Origin: Chloroflexota bacterium
Lineage (GTDB): Bacteria > Chloroflexota > Anaerolineae > B4-G1 > SLSP01
DNA length: 64,000 nt
Reading direction: 5' to 3'
NCBI GenBank assembly: GCA_019873645.1
Contig: JAIOAX010000010.1
Span: forward strand, 19,728 to 83,727
Part shown: piece by piece, positions 28,573-38,361 of the stretch
Layout of the letters: the number at the start of each line of letters is the position of its first letter
Position numbering within the stretch: the first letter of the stretch is position 1
Position numbers and translations under genes: made by a program
Notes under the pieces: model-generated
Database searches by the model: none
What the model saw: the letters and a program-made list of their open reading frames with translations, nothing else
Told to the model about the DNA's origin: nothing

Positions 28573-29415
28573 TTATTGCCGAGAGGCTACCAACCGCCCA
28601 TATCCTGCGAGGACCGACGCCACGATGGTACAGCTCAACAACATAGTATCTGCGGTGTGGCGCGTAAGCCCATCGGCAACGAACAATCCCATGCTCAACA
28701 GCGCAGCCATGACCGGCAAGCGTTCCGGCAGCGTCGTGGAGGGTGCGGCGCGCGGCGCGAACGTTGCCATTGCGGGAGGCCAGAGCGCATACACCGCCGC
28801 CGCGCCGGTTCCCACGTCCGACAACGACCAGAACCATCCGGCCAGCAGCGACGATGCCTCGAACACCTCCGAACGCACTCTGAAGTTGATCCAGTTTGCC
28901 AGGGTATAGGCGACTAGGGCGAGCATGAGTCCATGTAGGGTGACTCGCATGCGGGGATCGGCGGTATACGTTAGCGCTACCCAGGTCACATACAGCAGCG
29001 CGATGTCCATAATCGGGTATAACGCGCCGCCGAAGAAGAACAGCACGGGCTGCGCAATGGCCGCCATAACCGGTCGGAAAAGCGCCACCCAAATCACCGC
29101 CGTCGCCGCCGCCAGGAGCGCGCCGTAGGCCGCCCAACCGGCTTGCTGGGCGCGGCGGGGGTGACGCCAGAACGCCCCAAATAGCAGCCCGTAGCGGGCG
29201 ATGTAAAAGGCATCAATCAAACTGAAAACGGCCAAAGTCTTGCCGGTCACATAGTCGTGGATGCCCCAGGCGACGTTGCCGGCAATGCCCAGCGTCCAGG
29301 CCCAGGCCAGCAGCCGCCAAAAAGTACGGGCGTCGGCCGCAGAATGATATGCTGCCCACCATAGCACGCCGGCCACAAGGAGGGAGACGAGAAAAGCCGC
29401 GACAAAGCCCAACAT
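28573..29415 (-). CDS. Multi-pass membrane protein resembling membrane sensor input domains, with no output domain
   Basis: FWRLLA.AW...GN..W..D....S..DAFY..RY.LL and LYP..D..L patterns recall the N-terminal membrane regions of DGCs and kinases. Confidence 0.6.
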   Translation of the reverse strand: MLGFVAAFLVSLLVAGVLWWAAYHSAADARTFWRLLAWAWTLGIAGNVAWGIHDYVTGKTLAVFSLIDAFYIARYGLLFGAFWRHPRRAQQAGWAAYGALLAAATAVIWVALFRPVMAAIAQPVLFFFGGALYPIMDIALLYVTWVALTYTADPRMRVTLHGLMLALVAYTLANWINFRVRSEVFEASSLLAGWFWSLSDVGTGAAAVYALWPPAMATFAPRAAPSTTLPERLPVMAALLSMGLFVADGLTRHTADTMLLSCTIVASVLAGYGRLVASRQ

Positions 29416-29416
29416 C

Positions 29417-30772
29417 TTATTTTACTGGAGCCTCCTTCGTGCCGGATTTGCCCCGGAAAGGATAGCGCAGGAAGATGAAGAAAGCCGCCAGGAGCATCAC
29501 GCCGCCGACCACGCCGATGAGGCGCACGCCGAGCGGGCCATGGGGATCGCTGTGGCTGCGTCCCAACAACAACAGCAACGGCAGAAACGCCGCCACCACG
29601 CCGTTGATGACCTGATCCAGCAGGCCCCACATCGCGTAATACAGTCCCTCGCGGCGTTGCCCGGTCAACATGGCGTCGTGGTCGGCGATCTCGGCGCCGA
29701 AGGCCATCGGCAGCATGGTGACACCGGACAGCGCGGCGGCTTGCAGCGTCACCCAGGCAATTCCCTGCGCCATCAAAGGCAACGGCAGCCAATCGCCGAT
29801 GAGCATCAGGCCGGGCAGCACAATGGCTGACGCCAGCAGCGAACCGGCGAACACCTTCCACTTGCCTACGCGTCCTGCCAGCCATGTGACCAGAGGATAG
29901 CAGAGCAGCGAACCCAGGATCGCGGGGACGTAAAACCACAACATATCGCCCTCGCTCAGCAGACAGATCTCGGTGACGATGTAGGGGAGCGCCGATTGCA
30001 CCAGTGAGGTCAACCCCCAATAGAACAGACCTGCCGCCGTCATCACGACGAAGGCGCGGTTTTGCAGCAACGATTTGACAATCGCGCGCAGGTTGCGGCG
30101 CGGCAACGCGCCTTCCGCCGACGTTTGCCAGCGCTCCGGGCGTTCGCGCAACACCAGGAAGGGCAAGTAGAGCAACGGAAGCGCCGCGAACGCGTAGATA
30201 AGCATCGCGCCAACGTATCCCCGCCGTTCAATGAGCATCCCCGCCGCGCCGCTGAAGATCATCCCCAACAGCATAAAGCTGGAGGCCCAGGCAGACATCC
30301 GCACGCGATGCCGATCGGTCAGGGCAAGTTCCGGCAGCAGGGCGGTGTAGGGAATCTGATTTGTCGTATACGCCAGGTTGTACAGCACCAGCACTATTCC
30401 CAGGTACACGAGATTCCACGCCGAGAGGGTGCGCAACGGCGGCGTCCACAGCAGGACGAAGAGCGCGAGCATCGGCAGGCCGGAGGCGAACATCAGCGGC
30501 AGGCGGCGGCCCCAGCGTGTGCGCAGGTTATCCGATAGGTGCCCGATGAACGGTGACAGGACGGCGTTGAGCGCGCGCGTTCCCAGCACGACCACTCCGT
30601 ACCATGCCGCCGGTACAAGGGCATTTCTTTCTCCCGCCGGCGGCAGATAGAAGTAGAGCAGCCAACTGCCGAGAATGCTCCACAGCATAGCACTGGCCAG
30701 CGTGATCAGCGCGTAAGTCACGTCTATTTTCAAGGATGGTTGTGGCGTGTCGGTTGCCGTGGTTGTGGACAT
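29417..30772 (-). CDS. MFS transporter, GPH/MelB-like
   Basis: PFIGHLSD..RTRWGRRLP, PYTALLPEL, D...TGQRREG motifs; ~12 TM segments. Confidence 0.88.
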   Translation of the reverse strand: MSTTTATDTPQPSLKIDVTYALITLASAMLWSILGSWLLYFYLPPAGERNALVPAAWYGVVVLGTRALNAVLSPFIGHLSDNLRTRWGRRLPLMFASGLPMLALFVLLWTPPLRTLSAWNLVYLGIVLVLYNLAYTTNQIPYTALLPELALTDRHRVRMSAWASSFMLLGMIFSGAAGMLIERRGYVGAMLIYAFAALPLLYLPFLVLRERPERWQTSAEGALPRRNLRAIVKSLLQNRAFVVMTAAGLFYWGLTSLVQSALPYIVTEICLLSEGDMLWFYVPAILGSLLCYPLVTWLAGRVGKWKVFAGSLLASAIVLPGLMLIGDWLPLPLMAQGIAWVTLQAAALSGVTMLPMAFGAEIADHDAMLTGQRREGLYYAMWGLLDQVINGVVAAFLPLLLLLGRSHSDPHGPLGVRLIGVVGGVMLLAAFFIFLRYPFRGKSGTKEAPVK

Positions 30773-30894
30773 GGTTGTTCCTCAGATAAATCGTTTGGAC
30801 GTTGGAAAGTTAGCACGTTTGAACGTTGCTTTGTCCAGGGACACAACCTGATTATAACCAATTTGTGGGATAAATACAAAAGGCTGGCTACGGC

Positions 30895-31066
30895 GGGGTG
30901 CATTTCAGGATGGGGGCAGTTTTTTGCGTTTTCCCCTCTCACCCCCTGCCTCCGCTCTCCCCACCTGCGGGGAGAGCGGAGGGATTTCTCAAAGGGGGAT
31001 TTTGCGCGGCGAAGCCGCGCAAAATCCCCCTCTATTTACCTTTTCCCCCAAGTTGAAATGTCCCCC
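30895..31066. mobile_element. MITE-like element, family B, copy 1
   Basis: Ends GGGGTGCATTTCAGGATGGGGG ... CCCCAAGTTGAAATGTCCCC match 50364-50516; contains two internal hairpins. Confidence 0.55.
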
Positions 31067-31095
31067 TACGGCGAATATGCCTCTTTCGCGAGGTC

Positions 31096-31123
31096 TTGAC
31101 GTGCCCTCACGGACGGGTATAAT
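31096..31123 (+). promoter_or_regulatory. Sigma70-like promoter
   Basis: TTGACG-16nt-TATAAT, followed by a GAGG RBS and ATG 31139. Confidence 0.65.
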
Positions 31124-31138
31124 CCCGCCAGAGGTGAG

Positions 31139-32623
31139 ATGACAAACTGGCGTACGACCGTTCAAGACCTGTTGGAAAGTAGCCCGCTGCGACCGCTGCT
31201 GTTTAGCCGACGTCGCTGGCTGTTGATCGCTATCGCCGTGTTGCTGATGGCGGCATTGAGCATCGGCGGCGGCTGGCTGATTGCGGAACTGGGTGCGTTG
31301 CCGGTGCTCATCCTGCTGGTAGCCCTGGGTCTGTTTGTCTGGATTCTGCGGGACATCGAAATCGCCTATGCCGGGGTGATCGGCGTCATCACCCTGCTGC
31401 CTTTTGCCTCGCTGCCCTTCAGCATCGGCTTCAAACCGACGTTCCTGGACCTTGCCCTGGGCGGACTGTTCTTTGTCTGGCTGCTGCCCTATCTCCTGGG
31501 CGAAGAGCAACGTTTCGACGCCACACCGCTGGGCGCGCTGGTGCTTGTGTTTGCGTTTCTGGCTATCGGCACCTTTATCGCCGGTTTAGGCCACGCCGCG
31601 TTGACGGTCACTTTGGTCCGCCGTTTTGCGGAGACGCTGTTGAGCATCGCCCTCTTCTATCTTGTCGTCAACACGGTGCGCGACGCCGGACGGCTGGGGC
31701 GGTTGATGCGTTGGTTGATTCTAGGGGCGACGGCCGCCGCGGCCTTGGGGATCATCCTGTACTTTTTGCCGGATTTGTTGACGGTGCGCATCCTCTCCGC
31801 GTTAGGACGGCTCGGCTACCCTACCGGCGTGGGCGTGCTCCGTTACATCCGTGATGACCCTTCCTTGATGCAGCGCGCTACATCTACCTCCGTTGACCCA
31901 AATGTGCTCGGCAGCCTCCTGAATTTGGCCCTGGTGATGACGGTTCCCCAACTCTTTGCCAGACGGCCGTTGTTGCCGCGCTGGATGCTCATCGTCTGTC
32001 TTGGCTTGATGGGGATATGCCTGGGCTTGACCATTTCGCGCGGTTCGATGGCGGCGGCGGTTTTGGCCGTTTTGGCGATCAGCGTCCTGCGTTATCGTAA
32101 ACTGTTGCCCTGGTTCGCGGCGGCGCTGCTCCTGGTGCTGGTCCTCCCCTGGACACAGGCGTATCTCCAGCATTTTATCGAGGGGCTTCAACTTCAAGAT
32201 TTGTCTATGAAGATGCGCCTGGGAGAATACAAGGATGCGTTCATCCTTATCCGCCGTTATCCCTTGCTGGGCGTAGGATTTGCCGGCGCGCCGGACATTG
32301 ACATTTACACCGCCGTCGCCAGCGTCTACCTGACCATTGCCGAGCGGATGGGACTGATCGGCCTGACGGTTTTCCTGGTGATCGCCGGCGTGCTGCTCGC
32401 GCGTTTCTGGCGCTGGCGCAAAGTCGCCGAGACGTTGCCGGAACTGGAGCCCCTGTGGTATGGGATTCACGCAGCCATTATCGGCGGCTTGATTGCCGGG
32501 TTATCGGATCACTACTTCTTCAGCCTGGATTTCCACCATTCGGTGACGCTGTTCTGGTTGATCGTGGGGCTGGCGACCGCCTCGGTACAAATTGCCCGTT
32601 CATCTGTGAGTGGTAATCAGTAA
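31139..32623 (+). CDS. O-antigen ligase/polymerase (Wzy_C) family membrane protein
   Basis: Polytopic. RA.S...DPN.LG, LTISRG, S..MR, PLLGVG and YL..AE.GLIG motifs. Confidence 0.82.
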   Translation: MTNWRTTVQDLLESSPLRPLLFSRRRWLLIAIAVLLMAALSIGGGWLIAELGALPVLILLVALGLFVWILRDIEIAYAGVIGVITLLPFASLPFSIGFKPTFLDLALGGLFFVWLLPYLLGEEQRFDATPLGALVLVFAFLAIGTFIAGLGHAALTVTLVRRFAETLLSIALFYLVVNTVRDAGRLGRLMRWLILGATAAAALGIILYFLPDLLTVRILSALGRLGYPTGVGVLRYIRDDPSLMQRATSTSVDPNVLGSLLNLALVMTVPQLFARRPLLPRWMLIVCLGLMGICLGLTISRGSMAAAVLAVLAISVLRYRKLLPWFAAALLLVLVLPWTQAYLQHFIEGLQLQDLSMKMRLGEYKDAFILIRRYPLLGVGFAGAPDIDIYTAVASVYLTIAERMGLIGLTVFLVIAGVLLARFWRWRKVAETLPELEPLWYGIHAAIIGGLIAGLSDHYFFSLDFHHSVTLFWLIVGLATASVQIARSSVSGNQ

Positions 32624-32783
32624 CCGGTAATTCGGTAACTGGTAATCGGTGGCTCGTAATTCGTAATTCGCCATTCACCATTCCCCATTCACCACTCGCC
32701 ATTTGCTCCTCCTTGCCCTTTCCTCAGGGTAGAGTATACTGGGGATAATCGAAACTAAAATCAAACGTCTCAGGAGGCCCTCG

Positions 32784-33902
32784 ATGAAACTTTCTTGCTT
32801 GCAGGAAAATCTGGCTAAGGGATTGAGCATTGTCGGTCGAGCGGTGCCTTCCCGAACAACGATGCCTATTCTGGGAAACATCCTTCTGGCTACCGATCAC
32901 GGGCAGCTCAAACTGGCGGCCACCAATCTGGAGCTGAGTGTGGTGCATTGGGTCGGGGCGCGGGTCGAAACCGACGGCGCGTTGACCGTGCCGGCGCGCA
33001 ACTTTATTGATCTGGTGAACTCGCTGCCGCCCGATCAGGTAGACCTGGAGATGGACGCGGCCACGTTGTCGCTGGCATTGAACTGCGGCACGGTGAAGGC
33101 CACCTTTCGCGGCATCTCTGCCGAAGAGTTCCCGGTAGTACCTGAGCCTGAACAGGGAGATGGCTTCGCCGTCGAGGCCGCCGAATTGCGCAAAGGCCTG
33201 ACGCAGGTCACTTTTGCGGCTTCTACTGATGAAAGCCACCCGGTCCTTACCGGCGTCCTGGCCGAATTCGAGGGCAGCACGCTCACGTTGGCCGCAGCCG
33301 ATGGGTTCCGGCTCTCCATGCGCCAGATTCCGCTGATCCATCCGGTGCCGGCAGCGTTCAGCGTAATCATCCCCGCCCGGGCGCTCTCTGAGCTATCGCG
33401 CATCCTGGGGGGCCAGGAAGAACCGGTGAACATCTCGACGACACACCCACACAACCAGGTGCTGTTCAAACTCACCGATACGGTCTTGAATTCGCAGTTG
33501 GTGGATGGCAATTTCCCAGATGTGCGGCGCATCATTCCATCCGCATATCGGACGCGGGTGGTGTTGGGGCGTGAAGAAATCCTGCAGGCATGCAAGCGCG
33601 CTGCCATCTTTGCGCGCGATGTTGCCAACATCGTCACCTTAAAGATTGAAGCGGGCGAAGTCGTCGTATCGGCGGACTCCGCCGAATCGGGGCAAGGCTC
33701 CACGCGCTTGATGGCGAACGTCGAGGGCGATGGGCTGGAGATCGCGTTTAACGTGCGCTTCCTGGTGGATGTCTTCTCGGCGTTGGACACGCCGCAGGTG
33801 GCGCTGGAACTCAACGCCTCCACCAATCCCGGCGTCGTGCGGGCCGTGGGCGACGAAGCCTTCATCCACGTCGTCATGCCGATGCTCCTGGGGCGGCGTT
33901 AA
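32784..33902 (+). CDS. dnaN: DNA polymerase III beta sliding clamp
   Basis: PILGNILL, ATNLE, AEEFP, PVLTGV, AADGFRL, GNFPD, IAFNVRFL and VVMPM motifs. Confidence 0.95.
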   Translation: MKLSCLQENLAKGLSIVGRAVPSRTTMPILGNILLATDHGQLKLAATNLELSVVHWVGARVETDGALTVPARNFIDLVNSLPPDQVDLEMDAATLSLALNCGTVKATFRGISAEEFPVVPEPEQGDGFAVEAAELRKGLTQVTFAASTDESHPVLTGVLAEFEGSTLTLAAADGFRLSMRQIPLIHPVPAAFSVIIPARALSELSRILGGQEEPVNISTTHPHNQVLFKLTDTVLNSQLVDGNFPDVRRIIPSAYRTRVVLGREEILQACKRAAIFARDVANIVTLKIEAGEVVVSADSAESGQGSTRLMANVEGDGLEIAFNVRFLVDVFSALDTPQVALELNASTNPGVVRAVGDEAFIHVVMPMLLGRR

Positions 33903-34018
33903 GGATTGAGGGCACTGATTTGTAGTATGATTGGCGCGCCGGCCAACGGCGGGAACGGCGTGGCGCGTGGGATAGGGCGGCTAAACTTTTGAGACGTTGT
34001 GGAGAAAATCGAATAATT

Positions 34019-36478
34019 ATGGTATCTGAACTTGCCGCGGCGGCATTGTACCGCGCTTGTGATCCACAGAATTTCGCTTTCACGACGACCGCTGAGTTGC
34101 CATACACGCCGATGATTATCGGCCAGGAACGGGCCGTGGAAGCGATTCATTTTGGCCTGGACATTCAAAGTCCGGGCTTCAATGTGTTTGTCATGGGGCC
34201 GACCGGCACAGGGCGGCGCTCGATCTTGAGCCGCATCGTGCACGAGCAGGCGGCGCAGGCGCCGACGCCCAGGGATTGGGTGTACGTCAACCATTTTGCC
34301 GATCCGGCGACGCCCAGGGCCATCAGCCTGCCGCCGGGACGGGGCAGCGAATTGCGCGCCGATATGGAACGCTTCAGCAGTGGCCTGATGGATCGGCTGC
34401 TGCAAGCCTTCGACACCGACCAGTACGCGGCGGCGCGCGAGGCGTTGGAACAACAATTCCGTGAAACCCAGCAAAGCGAACTGGTGGCCGTAGACAACGC
34501 CTGTCGTGAGCGGGGGTTTGCGCTGGTACGTTCGCCTTCTGGCCTCTACATCTCGCCGGTGCGCGATGGCGAGCTGTTGACCCCGGAGGCGTTCAGCCAG
34601 TTGCAGGTCGGCGACCGCGCTTCCATCGAACAAAATTTGAATCAACTGGAAGATATGCTGGCCAGCGCCATGCGCCGCTGGCGCGAACTGGAACGGCGCA
34701 CCCAGGCCGAAATCGAACACCTGGATCGTGAAGTGGCAAATTTCACCGTCAGCCCGCTGGTGCAGGAACTGCGCGAAAAATATGCGGACGAGGCGGAAGT
34801 CCAGGAGTATCTCGATGAAGTCCTGCGCGACATCGTAGATAACGTGGACATTTTCCGCAGCGCCGGCGAGGGGGACGCCGAAGACGACAACAGCGGCTCC
34901 CTGCTTGATATCCCCTTGAATCAGCGTTACCGGGTCAACCTGTTGGTGGATAACGTCCAGCTCCAGGGTGCGCCGGTCGTCATCGAGGATGTGCCCACGT
35001 ATGACAAACTCTTCGGGCGGATCGAGTACGACATCCGCCGTGGCGCGACGATTACCGACTACACGTTGATCCGCCCCGGCGCGCTGCACCGTGCCAACGG
35101 TGGGTATCTCATCCTGGACGCCGAGGCGTTGATGGACGAACCTTACGTGTGGGCCGGACTGAAGCGCGCCTTATTCGGCGGTCTGATCCGCATCGAGTCG
35201 CCCGATGGACAGCAGTTGGTGCGCAGCGTTACCCCCATCCCTGAACCGATTCCGTTGCAGGTGAAGGTCATCCTGCGCGGCTCGCCGTACATCTATTATG
35301 CTTTGTATGCCTATGATGAGGATTTCGCCAAACTGTTCAAGGTGCTGGCCGATTTTGACGCAGAAATGGACCGCACGCCGGAGTCGGAGTACACCTACAT
35401 TCAATTTGTGCGCGCGTTGTGTGAGGACGAAAACCTGTTGCCGTTCACGCGCGAGGCCGTAGCCCGGGTCATCGAATACGGCGCACGGCTTGCCGAGTGT
35501 CAGGACCGGCTGAGTACCCAGTTTGGGTTGATTGCCGATCTGGTGCGCGAGGCCGCGTACTGGGCCAAAAAACAGCATCACCCGGCCGTACAGCATAGCG
35601 ACGTTCTGGAATCGCTGCGCCAGCAAAAACGCCGGGTCAGTTTGAGCGAAGAGTATACTCTGCGCGCTATCGCCGAAGGTCGCCACGTGATTGTCACATC
35701 CGGCGCGAGCGTCGGCCAGATCAACGGCTTGACGGTGGTGACGTTGGGCGGCTACACCTACGGCATCCCCAGCCGCATCACGGCGCGCGCGTATGTCGGA
35801 CGCGGCAATGTGCTGGACATCCAACGTGAAGTCCAGTTAAGCGGGCCGATTCACGGCAAAGGACTGCTGACGCTGGTGGGCTATTTCGGCGGACAGTACG
35901 GGATTGACGGTTCGCTTTCGATGGAAGCCAGCCTCAGCTTCGAGCAGACCTACGAAGACATTGACGGCGACAGCGCCTCGTGCGCCGAGCTGTATGTACT
36001 CATCTCGGCCGTGGCGCAAGTTCCCCTGCGGCAAGACCTGGCAGTGACCGGCGCGGTGGATCAGCATGGCCTGGTGTTGCCCATCGGCAAGGTCAACGAA
36101 AAAATCGAAGGGTTCTTTGATGTTTGTCAGCGCCGCGGGTTGACCGGAACACAGGGAGTGCTCATCCCGGCGCGCAATGTGAAGGATTTGATGTTGCGTG
36201 AGGATGTGGTCGCGGCGGTGCAGGCCGGGCAGTTCCACGTCTACGCTGTAGAGACGGTAGATGAAGGGCTGAGCTTGCTGACCGGTCTACCGGCCGGTGT
36301 GCGCGACGAGACCGGGCAATTCACCGAGGGATCCGTGCATGCCAGAGTCGCAGCGCGGCTCAAGCAATTCGCCGAGCGTGCCAAACCCGAAAAGGACAGT
36401 GATGACGACCCGCCGGATGAGACCGAACCGGAAGAGTGCAGATCAACTTCAGGGGATTTCGCTGTGGCTGGTCTCTGA
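34019..36478 (+). CDS. Lon-like protease (LonB/LonC, AAA_32 type)
   Basis: IGQERA, degenerate Walker A GPTGTGRRS, GALHRANGGYL, GQINGL, FEQTY..DGDSAS (catalytic Ser), NEKIEGF (catalytic Lys). Confidence 0.88.
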   Translation: MVSELAAAALYRACDPQNFAFTTTAELPYTPMIIGQERAVEAIHFGLDIQSPGFNVFVMGPTGTGRRSILSRIVHEQAAQAPTPRDWVYVNHFADPATPRAISLPPGRGSELRADMERFSSGLMDRLLQAFDTDQYAAAREALEQQFRETQQSELVAVDNACRERGFALVRSPSGLYISPVRDGELLTPEAFSQLQVGDRASIEQNLNQLEDMLASAMRRWRELERRTQAEIEHLDREVANFTVSPLVQELREKYADEAEVQEYLDEVLRDIVDNVDIFRSAGEGDAEDDNSGSLLDIPLNQRYRVNLLVDNVQLQGAPVVIEDVPTYDKLFGRIEYDIRRGATITDYTLIRPGALHRANGGYLILDAEALMDEPYVWAGLKRALFGGLIRIESPDGQQLVRSVTPIPEPIPLQVKVILRGSPYIYYALYAYDEDFAKLFKVLADFDAEMDRTPESEYTYIQFVRALCEDENLLPFTREAVARVIEYGARLAECQDRLSTQFGLIADLVREAAYWAKKQHHPAVQHSDVLESLRQQKRRVSLSEEYTLRAIAEGRHVIVTSGASVGQINGLTVVTLGGYTYGIPSRITARAYVGRGNVLDIQREVQLSGPIHGKGLLTLVGYFGGQYGIDGSLSMEASLSFEQTYEDIDGDSASCAELYVLISAVAQVPLRQDLAVTGAVDQHGLVLPIGKVNEKIEGFFDVCQRRGLTGTQGVLIPARNVKDLMLREDVVAAVQAGQFHVYAVETVDEGLSLLTGLPAGVRDETGQFTEGSVHARVAARLKQFAERAKPEKDSDDDPPDETEPEECRSTSGDFAVAGL

Positions 36479-36520
36479 CTGTGCCACTGTAGAGCCGGCG
36501 TGGTCTGGAGACCGGCCTGA
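36453..36520. repeat. REP-like element, family R, copy 2 (overlaps the protease 3' end)
   Basis: GCTGTGGCTGGTCTCTGACTGTGCCAC...GGTCTGGAGACCGGCC. Confidence 0.6.
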
Positions 36521-36602
36521 CTTTTCGTAGTTTAATTGATGTTTGAACGTTCCAACGTTCAAACGCTTAAATGCTCAAACGTTTTTTCAGGGAGGGTTGA
36601 TC

Positions 36603-37862
36603 ATGAATCTGTTACAGAATCCCGGTTTTGAAGGCAATTGGTGGCGTAAAACACACACGGGACAAGAATTCGGCGAGATTTTCGTCCCTGAAAAGTGGGT
36701 GGCTTTCTGGAAAGAAGGGGGACCGGTGCCGCATGATCCCGGCAATCCCATCGGCTACGGTCGCCCGGAAATCCACGTCATCAACCGTGAGCCGCCCTTC
36801 TTAAATCCGCTGCGCATCAAAGATGGCAATCGCGCCGTGAAACTCTTTACCTTCTTTCGCATCCACGATGGCGGCTTCTACCAGCGCGTTGAAGGCATCA
36901 CGCCGGGGGCACGCTTGCGGGGTACGGGGTGGGCGCATGCCTGGTCGAGCGGACAAGATAACCCCAATGTGAGCGATGGTGCCGGGGCCGGGCCGTATTT
37001 CATCCGCGCCGCCGATTACGACAAAGTGGATGGCGTGCGCAATTTCACCTTCAGTGTGGGCATTGACCCTACCGGCGGTACCGATCCCTGGGGGAGCACG
37101 GTCGTGTGGGGCGATGGGGCGCACATCTACAACGGTTACGCACAAATTCCACCGGTCGAGGTCACCGCGCAGGGGACAGCGGTGACGTTCTTTGTGCGCA
37201 GCTCGGTTTTGTGGCCGTTCAAGCACTGTGATGCGTATTTCGATGAGATGGAACTGACCGTAGTGGCAGGGGGCGGTGAACCGGTCACCCTCACGCTGTC
37301 CACAACGGAGCCGTTGCAAGGCGAGCCATTCGAGGTCACGGCTTCGGGCGGCCCAACGCCGGAGCAGATGACGCTGCACTTTGAAGGCGGCGAAGTGTTC
37401 CAGGGGCCGGTCGCACGGGTAGGGAACACGAACCGCTGGCGCTGTGTCGCCGTGACCCCTGGCACATACAGTGCTAAAGTTTCTGTCGGCGGCGCAGTCT
37501 TGAAAACGGCCGCGTTCACGGTCAAGGAACGCCCGGTCTCCGGCGGTGGAGCGACGCCCGGCTTCGTCCCGCCGCGCGAGAACTATGCCCGGACCTATCT
37601 GCTGCTTCCGCCCGGCGCCGGCGATGAGTGGCTGCGGGCGGTACTCGACAGTGGCGTGTGGAACAAATATCACTGGACGATTGGGGGCAGCGCCGACGAT
37701 GCCGGCGTCGGTCCGACCACCCGTAAAGTGATCAGCGTCAATCCGCAGAACTGGCCCGGCGACCTGCGCGCCTTCTTTGATCGCTACTATGCCGGCATAG
37801 ATTATGTCGCTATTGTGGCGCGAACCCCTGAAGACCTGCGGCGTGCACTGAGCACGATGTGA
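36603..37862 (+). CDS. Hypothetical protein with a CBM-like jelly-roll N-terminus and an Ig-like middle
   Basis: NLLQNPGFEG start, GIDPTGGTDP and DAYFD motifs. GGAGG RBS; no signal peptide seen. Confidence 0.7.
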   Translation: MNLLQNPGFEGNWWRKTHTGQEFGEIFVPEKWVAFWKEGGPVPHDPGNPIGYGRPEIHVINREPPFLNPLRIKDGNRAVKLFTFFRIHDGGFYQRVEGITPGARLRGTGWAHAWSSGQDNPNVSDGAGAGPYFIRAADYDKVDGVRNFTFSVGIDPTGGTDPWGSTVVWGDGAHIYNGYAQIPPVEVTAQGTAVTFFVRSSVLWPFKHCDAYFDEMELTVVAGGGEPVTLTLSTTEPLQGEPFEVTASGGPTPEQMTLHFEGGEVFQGPVARVGNTNRWRCVAVTPGTYSAKVSVGGAVLKTAAFTVKERPVSGGGATPGFVPPRENYARTYLLLPPGAGDEWLRAVLDSGVWNKYHWTIGGSADDAGVGPTTRKVISVNPQNWPGDLRAFFDRYYAGIDYVAIVARTPEDLRRALSTM

Positions 37863-37879
37863 CCGCTGCTCTATGGATG

Positions 37880-37910
37880 TCTGAAGCCCCGCATACTGCG
37901 GGGCTTCAGA
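37880..37910. terminator. Hairpin between convergent genes
   Basis: TCTGAAGCCCCGCA-TAC-TGCGGGGCTTCAGA. Confidence 0.6.
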
Positions 37911-37935
37911 ATATTTCAAGTTCTGGGGGAGCGGC

Positions 37936-38361
37936 TCAGTCTTCTCTTATTTCCACACCCTTGAGTGTGTAATAGAAAGCCAGCGATTCATTCATCCCGT
38001 CCTTGATCCGGCGTTGTATCTGATCCATAACGTCAACAAACAACACCTCCGTATCCCCTTTGGGCGCGATGATACCGAGTCGTGGTTTGTTGCCGGTCGT
38101 GTTCAGTCCCCATTCTCCACCGAAGCGGCGGCGAAAAGTTTCACCCAGGAATGTGCCCCAGGCCATGATGATCTCTTGAGACGGGCGTGGGAACTGTTTT
38201 AAGTGGCGGTCAATCCACTCATCGAGCAGTTGCAGTCCGACCACGTTGTACTCCACCTCGGTCTCAGCAAAACGACTGAGGCCCAGGCGCGCCCGTTCCG
38301 CCAGGTCGGCGAGCTGGCGGGCTTGTGGCGTCGGCAGCAATTGCAGGGGATTCTGGCTCAT
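37936..38361 (-). CDS. Hypothetical protein
   Basis: 141 aa ORF with a GAGG RBS; contains a G.FLGE.F....GGEW pattern. Confidence 0.7.
   Translation of the reverse strand: MSQNPLQLLPTPQARQLADLAERARLGLSRFAETEVEYNVVGLQLLDEWIDRHLKQFPRPSQEIIMAWGTFLGETFRRRFGGEWGLNTTGNKPRLGIIAPKGDTEVLFVDVMDQIQRRIKDGMNESLAFYYTLKGVEIRED

Noticed and set aside
32624-34018. Replication origin near dnaN
   Set aside because: No dnaA gene and no cluster of TTATCCACA boxes were seen in the flanks.
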